A stretch of 63,030 nt of DNA, filler included. It is 4 parts of 4 records of this genome, joined end to end, with 100 filler letters (N's around TTAATTAATTAA, not from the genome) between each part and the next. Parts side by side here need not be neighbours in the genome. Positions count along the whole stretch, not along the records: positions 55,884 to 63,030 come from SRR31156797_11494; 3 more parts are not named here. The stretch is one strand, 5' to 3'. Made by a program: the position numbers and the translations under genes. Positions 55,885-63,030 of the stretch are shown in pieces. The notes under the pieces were generated by a model. It was not told the origin of the DNA. It ran no database searches and saw only the letters and a program-made list of their open reading frames with translations. Every line of letters begins with the position of its first letter. The first letter of the stretch is position 1.

Positions 55885-56526
55885 AAAGGGTTTGCAGTTG
55901 TTGCACAAGAGGTAAGAAACTTGGCTTCAAGATCAGCAGATGCCGCAAAAGAGATTAAAGATGTGGTTGTTTCTATTCAAGAAGAGACAGCACGGATGAA
56001 AGCAAGCTCAGATGTAGTAGCAAAAGTTGTAAAAGAGACAAAAGAGAGAGTTGAAGTTCTTATTAAGCTAATGAATACCTTCCAAAAAAATGCTGGAAGA
56101 AATGTTTTTGAAGTTGAAGCTGTTAGTAATAAAATATTTGTTAACCTTGCAAAACTTGATCATGTTATTTATAAAAATAATCTTTACCAATTACTTTTTG
56201 GTGAAAGTACTAAATTTAAGCCAGCTACACACAAAGAGTGTAGACTTGGTAAATGGTATGATACAGGACTAGGAAAATCTGAGTTTAGTGGTACAAGATC
56301 ATATAATGCTCTTGCGAAGCCACATGCTATTGTTCATGAAGAAGCCAATGCCCTTGCTCAAGAGTGTGCAGGAAACTCAGTAGTATGTACGAAAAAAGTG
56401 ATTGAAGAAAAAATTGTAAAAATTGAAGATGCAAGTGGACAAGTTTTTGATGTTTTAGATAGAATGTTAGAAGAGAAAAATGAGCAAGTGATGAAAGTTG
56501 CTGCTAAAGATTTATTTGAACACTAA
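55885..56526 (+). CDS. Methyl-accepting chemotaxis protein with CZB domain (5' truncated)
   Basis: Frame open from the contig start: KGFAVVAQEVRNLASRS (MCP hairpin); CZB DHVIYK, HKECRLGKWY, PHAIVH. Confidence 0.9.
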   Translation, partial: KGFAVVAQEVRNLASRSADAAKEIKDVVVSIQEETARMKASSDVVAKVVKETKERVEVLIKLMNTFQKNAGRNVFEVEAVSNKIFVNLAKLDHVIYKNNLYQLLFGESTKFKPATHKECRLGKWYDTGLGKSEFSGTRSYNALAKPHAIVHEEANALAQECAGNSVVCTKKVIEEKIVKIEDASGQVFDVLDRMLEEKNEQVMKVAAKDLFEH

Positions 56527-56545
56527 TTAATAAAGAGGATAAAAA

Positions 56546-56917
56546 ATGGAAAATGGTAGATATAAAATAGCAATAGTTGATGATGAAAATGAAATTTTAA
56601 GTATGATTCAAAGATTTTTAAATAGAAATGAAAAATATAGTGTAACAACATATTTAAATCTAGTAGTTGCAGTAGATTCTATAGATTCAACTTATGATGT
56701 TGTTTTATTAGATATTATGATGCCTCAAATGAATGGATTAGATGCATTAGAGAAATTAATGGCTAAAAATCCTAATCTAAAAGTTATTATGATGACTGCG
56801 TATTCAACACTTGATAAAGTATTAAAATCGCATAAATATGGTGCAACACACTATCTTATGAAACCATTTGATTCTTTACAGGCTATTGAATCTAAAATCT
56901 CTGAAGTTCTAGGTTAA
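56546..56917 (+). CDS. Single-domain response regulator
   Basis: IVDDE, LDIMMP, MTAY, KPF. Confidence 0.9.
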   Translation: MENGRYKIAIVDDENEILSMIQRFLNRNEKYSVTTYLNLVVAVDSIDSTYDVVLLDIMMPQMNGLDALEKLMAKNPNLKVIMMTAYSTLDKVLKSHKYGATHYLMKPFDSLQAIESKISEVLG

Positions 56918-56932
56918 GATACATCCTCTTTA

Positions 56933-58768
56933 ATGGCTTTTAAAACAAAGGTTTTTTTTACCTTCTTAGGATTCGCAATTTTTATTGTGGGTCTAAGTTT
57001 TTATGGATTTTCTGATTTAATTGAGCAAAAAAACTTATTTTTTTTACAAGGTCAAACCCTTAAAAACTTTATCTTTCAATTTTCTGATATAGTAGCTACA
57101 TTAATTCTCTTAATAGGTATTGCAGTAATTTTAGCTATATTCTTTTCTCTATTATTCTCAAAGTCTATTTTACAACAGACAAGTGATTTGGAGACTAAAA
57201 ACAAAAAACTTGATACTATTATTGATGAAAAAACTAATCAACTTCAAGAATCTTTAAAAATTTTAGACCGTTATGTGATCCGTTCAACTACAGACACTAA
57301 TGGGATTATTATTGATGCAAGTGAAGCATTTTGTAAGATCTCTGGATTTTCAAAAGAGGAACTTATCGGTCAACCCCATTCTATTGTAAGACATCCTGAT
57401 ATGGAGGATGAGATCTTTCAAAAGATGTGGGCAACTATCTCTTTAGGAAAACCGTGGAATGGTAAAATAAAAAACAGAACAAAAAATGGTGATTATTATT
57501 GGGTGAAAGCATTTATAGAACCTCAATATGATATTGAAGGAAATATTGTAGCTTATACAGCAGTTAGAACAGATATCACAAATAAAATATTACTTCAAGA
57601 TCAAATAGAAAAACATGATGCGATCATCCGATTTGCAAATAGTGGAATAGGAACTATGGATCTCGAGGGGAATTTTTTAAGTGTCAACCATGTATATCAT
57701 GAACTTTTTGGATATACACCTAAAGAGATGATTGGAAAAAATTGTTTAGAGATGACTACTGAGGGTTCTTTTGAAGATGCAAAAGAGGCTTTACGAACCG
57801 CAAATGAAAAAGGGGTAGTATCACATCTAGAGAAGTCTTGTTATAATAAACTAGGAGTTCCAGTATATATAGAGTTTTCACTTAATAAACTTCCTGATAA
57901 TAGAAGTTTTGTTGTGGTTATTAACTCTTTAGAAGATAAAAAGAAACTAGAGCAGACCAATGAGCTTTTAAGTCAAAAAGTTATGGAAGAGGTTGAGCGA
58001 AATACAAGGCAGATGGAGATTATTCAAGAAGAACAGCTTAAAAGTGTGAAACTCAGCTCCATTGGAGCATTAGCAGCTGGAATTACTCATGAGATCAATA
58101 CCCCTTTAACATATATAAAAGGGAACTTTGAATTGATGCAATTTGATATTGAGGATCTTCCTGGGAGTGATATTAAAAAAAGTATGGAAGAGATCAGTGG
58201 TAGGATACTAGATGGGATCAACAGAGTTGCAAATATTGTTGAATCTATGAGAGAAGTCTCTCAAGCGTCAAGTGAGATGAAAACAATTGTAAATATCTAT
58301 AATACCTTATTAACAGCTCTTACAATCTCTCAAAATGCAATGATTACTAAAAGTAAGATTTATATCAATGGTGAGCTTTTCAGCTCAGAGATGAAAAAAG
58401 ACAAGTTTATGCTAAAAAGTAATGTACAAAAACAAAGAATAGAACAAGTTTGGATTGTTATTATTAATAATGCTTTGGATGAATTAGTCAAGATAGATGA
58501 TTATGATGCAAGAGCATTACATATTAAATTAGAAGAGACTGAAGATAGAGTAAAAGTATATTTTCAAGATAATGCTGGGGGGATCAATAAAGATATTTTA
58601 GACAAGATATTTGATCCTTTTGTAAGTACTAAAGAGAGTGGTGGTATTGGTGTTGGGCTTAATATTGCCAAAAAGATCATTAATGAGCAAAACGGTGAGA
58701 TAATCGCTTATAATAAAAATGAGGGTGCTATTTTTGAAGTATCCTTACATAAAGTAATAGAGAAATAG
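56933..58768 (+). CDS. Membrane PAS-PAS sensor histidine kinase
   Basis: Two TM helices; PAS (RHPDM, KNGDYYWV); H-box AGITHEINTPL; NNALD, DNAGGI, PFVSTK, GIGVGL. Confidence 0.92.
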   Translation: MAFKTKVFFTFLGFAIFIVGLSFYGFSDLIEQKNLFFLQGQTLKNFIFQFSDIVATLILLIGIAVILAIFFSLLFSKSILQQTSDLETKNKKLDTIIDEKTNQLQESLKILDRYVIRSTTDTNGIIIDASEAFCKISGFSKEELIGQPHSIVRHPDMEDEIFQKMWATISLGKPWNGKIKNRTKNGDYYWVKAFIEPQYDIEGNIVAYTAVRTDITNKILLQDQIEKHDAIIRFANSGIGTMDLEGNFLSVNHVYHELFGYTPKEMIGKNCLEMTTEGSFEDAKEALRTANEKGVVSHLEKSCYNKLGVPVYIEFSLNKLPDNRSFVVVINSLEDKKKLEQTNELLSQKVMEEVERNTRQMEIIQEEQLKSVKLSSIGALAAGITHEINTPLTYIKGNFELMQFDIEDLPGSDIKKSMEEISGRILDGINRVANIVESMREVSQASSEMKTIVNIYNTLLTALTISQNAMITKSKIYINGELFSSEMKKDKFMLKSNVQKQRIEQVWIVIINNALDELVKIDDYDARALHIKLEETEDRVKVYFQDNAGGINKDILDKIFDPFVSTKESGGIGVGLNIAKKIINEQNGEIIAYNKNEGAIFEVSLHKVIEK

Positions 58769-58773
58769 TTTTA

Positions 58774-59586
58774 ATGAAAGTTGCATTTATAGGGGATATT
58801 GTAGGACGTCCTGGTCGAAAAATAGTGAAACAAAAACTTCAAGCTTTTAAAGAAGAACACACTATAGATTTTGTAGTTGCCAATGGGGAAAATGCAAGTC
58901 ATGGATTTGGCTTAACAGTCAAAAATGCAGCGGAACTTTTTAATGCAGGGATAGATCTTATCACAGGTGGAAATCACTCTTGGGATAAAAAAAAAGATAT
59001 TTTAACTCTTTTTGAGACAAAACCTGTTCTTCGTCCTGATAATTATCCAGATGGGGTACCTGGTAGTGGAGTAAAAGTACTTGAGCATAATGGGACAAAA
59101 GTAGCAGTGATAAATCTTATGGGACTCTATACTATGCCCCAAGTATTAAATCCTTTTACTCATGCAATGGAACTTATACAAAAGCTACAAAAAGAGGATA
59201 TTAAACATATTTTTATCGATTTTCATGCGGAAGTTACCTCTGAAAAAAGAGTTTTAATGCAGATGCTAAAAGGGAAAGTAAGTAGTATCTGTGGAACTCA
59301 TACCCATGTGGGAACAGATGATCTAGAGATCACTGAGGGAACTTTTTATGTGACAGATATTGGACTTACAGGATGTAGGGATAATGTGATAGGGATGGAT
59401 AGTAAGATCCCTATCCAAAAAGCATTAACTGGTCTTGGCGGACACTTTGAAGTACCAAATAATTGTAAATCAGTTTTACAAATAGTTGTAGTTGAAATAG
59501 ATGAAGAGGGACAAGCGATAGATGCTACAAAATATAAACTTTTCTGTGATCAAGAATCTCAATATTTCAAAGCAATAATAAACTAA
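58774..59586 (+). CDS. YmdB-like (TIGR00282) metallophosphoesterase
   Basis: GDIVGRPG, NGEN, TGGNH, DFHAE.TSEK, GTHTHV. Confidence 0.92.
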   Translation: MKVAFIGDIVGRPGRKIVKQKLQAFKEEHTIDFVVANGENASHGFGLTVKNAAELFNAGIDLITGGNHSWDKKKDILTLFETKPVLRPDNYPDGVPGSGVKVLEHNGTKVAVINLMGLYTMPQVLNPFTHAMELIQKLQKEDIKHIFIDFHAEVTSEKRVLMQMLKGKVSSICGTHTHVGTDDLEITEGTFYVTDIGLTGCRDNVIGMDSKIPIQKALTGLGGHFEVPNNCKSVLQIVVVEIDEEGQAIDATKYKLFCDQESQYFKAIIN

Positions 59587-59630
59587 ACTTTTGCTAAAAT
59601 CTAAGCATATTAAATTGAAGGAAGCATAAG

Positions 59631-60422
59631 ATGATCATTATCCCTCAAACCAAAGGTGGTGTAGGAAAGTCAACAGTAGCTATGCAGGTCATTGCCCCTT
59701 ATCTTTATAAGCGACATGGGAAAAAAATCACTTATATTGAGATAGATGATGAAAACAATGATTCACAAAGTTTTACAAGAACTCAAATAGTGAATAAAAA
59801 GATGCTTAAGACTAATAATATTACACAACTAGATGAGATGATCTTAATGGATGATAATCATGAAGTGATCGTAGATGTTGGTGGAAATAAAACTTCAACT
59901 TTAGTGCTCGAAGAGATTGCAAAAGTAGGATCATTTAATAATATTAAATGGATCGTTCCAATGGGTGATGGGGAACTCGATGGAAAAAATGCTATTGCAA
60001 CTATGAAAAAGCTTCGAAAGATTGAGAGAAACTCAACAGATAATCTCTTTTTTGCCCTAAACCGTGCAATTTCATCTGAACAAGATTATTTAGAAGAGCA
60101 GTTTATTAACTTTTTTGGACATAAATATTTAGGAAGTGATTCGACGATTATGGATTTTGTCCATGACCCAAAATATTTTGCAGTAAAAAACGATAAGATC
60201 ATCACTATGAGTAGATATCTAGGAAGTACTGTATGGGAGATGGCTCATAATAATACAGATTTTCAACAAAAAGCTCTAGATGCAAAAGAGAAAAGTGATA
60301 GAGAAGCTGCTTTAAAATATCTTTTTTTCAAACGTCTTCAAACAGAAGCAAAAGATTATGTACTTGGGAGTTTAAATGGAATATTTTGTACTCTTGATAA
60401 GTGGATTACAATCAATAAATAA
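59631..60422 (+). CDS. ParA/MinD-like P-loop ATPase
   Basis: Deviant Walker A TKGGVGKST; IEIDDEN; VDVGG. Confidence 0.75.
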   Translation: MIIIPQTKGGVGKSTVAMQVIAPYLYKRHGKKITYIEIDDENNDSQSFTRTQIVNKKMLKTNNITQLDEMILMDDNHEVIVDVGGNKTSTLVLEEIAKVGSFNNIKWIVPMGDGELDGKNAIATMKKLRKIERNSTDNLFFALNRAISSEQDYLEEQFINFFGHKYLGSDSTIMDFVHDPKYFAVKNDKIITMSRYLGSTVWEMAHNNTDFQQKALDAKEKSDREAALKYLFFKRLQTEAKDYVLGSLNGIFCTLDKWITINK

Positions 60423-60430
60423 GGTGTATT

Positions 60431-60679
60431 ATGAGTGATATGAGTTTTAAGCAGGCAAAAGAGCTAACAGAACAATTTGAATTAGCTCAGCTTAGTTTAG
60501 CTCAAACAATAAAAAAGCTTGATCAGGTAACACAAAACTTTGATGAGAGTGTAGAGCGACAAGAAAAAGTTATGCAATATATGCCAAAACTTGATAAAAA
60601 GCTTGAAGTGATGAAAATAGTCATTGCATTAAATATAGGATTTGTTTTAGGGCTTTTAGTAGCAAAGTTTATTTTATAG
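60431..60679 (+). CDS. Small coiled-coil protein with C-terminal membrane anchor
   Basis: 82 aa; heptad region then IVIALNIGFVLGLLVAKFIL. Confidence 0.7.
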   Translation: MSDMSFKQAKELTEQFELAQLSLAQTIKKLDQVTQNFDESVERQEKVMQYMPKLDKKLEVMKIVIALNIGFVLGLLVAKFIL

Positions 60680-60690
60680 GATTAGAATTA

Positions 60691-61413
60691 GTGGAAGAGA
60701 AAAAACAGAGTCAAGAAGAGATTGTAAAAATGTTTAATGATATTGCTAAAACATATGATTTGGCAAATAGAATATTAAGTATGGGGATCGATAAAACATG
60801 GAGAAGAAAAGCTTGTAACTTAGTATATAACTTTTATGGACATGCTCACATTGAAAAGATTGTAGATGTAGCATGTGGTACAGGTGATCTAATGATCGAT
60901 TGGGAGAATATTGCAAAGTACAATGGTATAGAGCTAGATGATATTGTTGGAGTTGATCCAAGTGTTGGGATGATGGAAGTAGGGAAAACTAAAATACCCC
61001 ATAGAACATTTATAGAAGCTGGAGCTGAGGAGATGCCACTTGAAAGTGAAAGTGTAGATATTATCTCTATCTCATATGGGATTCGAAATGTTGTAAAAAG
61101 AAAAGAGGGGCTCGCTGAGTTTGCAAGGGTTTTAAAAAAAGATGGGATTTGTACGATTTTAGAGTTTACTAAAAATGAAAAAACAGATCCACTTGCAAAA
61201 TTATCAAAGTTTTATCTTAATAATATTATGCCTCATATCGGTGGGTTAGTTTCAAAAAATAAAGATGCCTATACATATTTGCCAGAGTCTATTGAAAACT
61301 TTGTGACTATAGAACAGCTTTGCAGTGAGCTTAAAGAGGTAGGGTTAGAGCCTATATTTATTAAAGGGTATTCTTTAGATATTTCAACTACTATCATTGC
61401 TAGGAAAATATGA
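60691..61413 (+). CDS. ubiE: Ubiquinone/menaquinone biosynthesis C-methyltransferase UbiE/MenG
   Basis: MFNDIA.TYD.AN, DVACGTGD, YGIRNV, AYTYLPESI. Confidence 0.92.
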   Translation: MEEKKQSQEEIVKMFNDIAKTYDLANRILSMGIDKTWRRKACNLVYNFYGHAHIEKIVDVACGTGDLMIDWENIAKYNGIELDDIVGVDPSVGMMEVGKTKIPHRTFIEAGAEEMPLESESVDIISISYGIRNVVKRKEGLAEFARVLKKDGICTILEFTKNEKTDPLAKLSKFYLNNIMPHIGGLVSKNKDAYTYLPESIENFVTIEQLCSELKEVGLEPIFIKGYSLDISTTIIARKI

Positions 61414-62612
61414 ACGCACCAATTAGTGTAAGTGAGCTAAATGAGCAGATAAAAGGGGTACTTGAAACAACTTTTTCCAATATCTATGTGGAAGGTGAGA
61501 TATCAAACCTTACTTATCATAATTCTGGGCATATATACTTTTCTATAAAAGATGAAAAATCTACAATATCATGTGTAATGTTTCGAGGAAATGCTTCTAG
61601 GTTAAAGTTTCGTTTAGAGATGGGACAAAAGATTGTTATACAAGGAAGCATAACCGTATATACTCCAAGGGGAAACTATCAGCTTTTATGTAATAAGATC
61701 GAGCCAAGTGGAGTAGGGGCATTAGCTTTAGCTTATGAGCAACTCAAAACAAAACTTCAAATAAAAGGGTATTTTGATCAATCCATTAAAAAAACATTGC
61801 CAAAGTTTGTAGAAGAGATATATGTAGTAACTTCAAATACAGGAGCTGCTATAGAGGATATGAAAAAGATCCTCTCACATAGATATCCACTAGCAAAAAT
61901 GATCCTTATCCCAACTTTAGTGCAAGGTGAAGGTTCTAAAGAATCTATAGTACGATCTATTAAATATGCTGATTCTTTAGCTTGTAATAGCAATAAACGC
62001 GCTATTATGATCGTAGGACGTGGTGGAGGAAGTATAGAAGATCTTTGGGCTTTTAATGAAGAGATCGTTGCAGTTGCTATTTATGAAGCACAAAGTATTA
62101 TTATAAGTGCAGTAGGACATGAGAGTGACTTTGTGATCAGTGACTTTGTAGCGGACGTAAGAGCAAGTACTCCATCAAATGCTATAGAAATATCAACTCC
62201 AGATATCAATGAGCTCCGAATTTATGTAGATAGTGTATCAAATGACTTTTCAAATAAGTTTAAGACTATTTTATATTATAAAGAACAGCAATTAACTCAT
62301 ATTAAAAAAAGTTTTGAACAACACTCTTTACATCGAAGATTTGAACAAATTCAAAGCTCAATTAAACAAACAAAAGAGCAGTTAAAAAATAGCTTTTTAC
62401 AAGTTCTTCAAAGAAAACAAAATAGTTTAGAATTATTGCAAAAAAGTTTAGTGATGAACGATCCAAAAAGAAAAGATAAAAAGGGTTTTGTTCAATTAAA
62501 TAAAAATAATAGGATAATTAATTTAGAAGATACACAAGAAAATGATATAATTACATTACAAGACTCAAAATATAGTGTAGATTGTAAGGTGATGCAAAAA
62601 CAAGCAATATAA
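61410..62612 (+). CDS. xseA: Exodeoxyribonuclease VII large subunit
   Basis: GEISN, SGHIYFSIKD, VQG, RGGGSIEDLWAFN, SAVGHE.D, TPS. Confidence 0.94.
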   Translation: MNAPISVSELNEQIKGVLETTFSNIYVEGEISNLTYHNSGHIYFSIKDEKSTISCVMFRGNASRLKFRLEMGQKIVIQGSITVYTPRGNYQLLCNKIEPSGVGALALAYEQLKTKLQIKGYFDQSIKKTLPKFVEEIYVVTSNTGAAIEDMKKILSHRYPLAKMILIPTLVQGEGSKESIVRSIKYADSLACNSNKRAIMIVGRGGGSIEDLWAFNEEIVAVAIYEAQSIIISAVGHESDFVISDFVADVRASTPSNAIEISTPDINELRIYVDSVSNDFSNKFKTILYYKEQQLTHIKKSFEQHSLHRRFEQIQSSIKQTKEQLKNSFLQVLQRKQNSLELLQKSLVMNDPKRKDKKGFVQLNKNNRIINLEDTQENDIITLQDSKYSVDCKVMQKQAI

Positions 62613-62690
62613 TAGTATGAATCTTTTGTAAATAATTATTCTTTAATTTATATTTGTATATTATATGATTAATAAAAATAGGGGATTAAC

Positions 62691-63030
62691 ATGGCAGAAT
62701 ATAATAGTATGAACTCAGATGAGTATATGACATTTATTTTAGGTGAGATGAAATACGCGGTAGAGTTACCAAAAATTAGAGAGATTTTGACATATCCAGA
62801 ACTAATTACAACATTACCAAATACATCAAGCTGGGTAAAAGGATTAATTAACCTAAGAGGTGAAGTGGTACCAATTTTAGATATTAGAATTAAGTTTAAT
62901 ACTGGTGAAGTAAAATATGATGAAAATACTGCAGTTATTGCAGTTATAACAGATGATAATAGAATGTTAGGATTAGTTGTTGATAGAGTTGATGATGTTC
63001 AAAAATTAGACTCTGCGTCTTTATATCCAG
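62691..63030 (+). CDS. cheW: Chemotaxis coupling protein CheW (3' truncated)
   Basis: Not in the ORF track. ATG 62691 after GGGGA; YMTFILG..YAVEL.KIREI, VKGLINLRGEVVPILD, GLVVDRV. Confidence 0.88.
   Translation, partial: MAEYNSMNSDEYMTFILGEMKYAVELPKIREILTYPELITTLPNTSSWVKGLINLRGEVVPILDIRIKFNTGEVKYDENTAVIAVITDDNRMLGLVVDRVDDVQKLDSASLYP

Noticed and set aside
1-63030. tRNA or rRNA genes, integrase or transposase
   Set aside because: None recognised by eye; a covariance-model scan would be needed to exclude small RNAs

Overview
The window is a concatenation of four unrelated contigs joined by artificial 100-nt spacers (N-run + TTAATTAATTAA + N-run) at 10487-10586, 26194-26293 and 55784-55883, so adjacency across spacers has no biological meaning. 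Contig 1 (1-10486) is the most interesting. It is a tightly packed, all-minus-strand virion-like gene module with no visible terminase, portal or tail-tube genes. It encodes a candidate single-jelly-roll-like capsid protein (acidic leader + Arg-rich arm, followed by a terminator), two apparently paralogous small beta-proteins, several membrane-anchored proteins including an annexin-repeat protein and an RNNNPGNL lysozyme-like protein, a fibre with nine 49-aa repeats, and an N6-adenine/C5-cytosine methyltransferase fusion followed by the start of another C5 MTase. I infer a tailless, probably membrane-containing virus or provirus, likely of a Bacteroidota host; this is not confirmed. Contig 2 (10587-26193, Bacteroidota-like) has xdhAB (xdhA carries an in-frame 162-bp palindromic insertion), an orphan SusC-like receptor flanked by direct repeats, a saccharopine dehydrogenase-like gene, an MNT-HEPN toxin-antitoxin pair, a MocA-like gene and ygfK. 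Contig 3 (26294-55783, Bacteroidota) has a nikR/TonB receptor/TsaA-FmdE operon, housekeeping genes (sigma70, htrA, dapF, mltG, ychF, PNP, relA, floA, clpS, serC, serA) and a small methyltransferase / A-T-TE NRPS / URO-D-family cluster. Contig 4 (55884-63030, AT-rich, Campylobacterota/Arcobacter-like) has chemotaxis and two-component genes, a YmdB-like phosphoesterase, a ParA-like ATPase, ubiE, xseA and a partial cheW. All calls come from motif reading only; no database searches were run.
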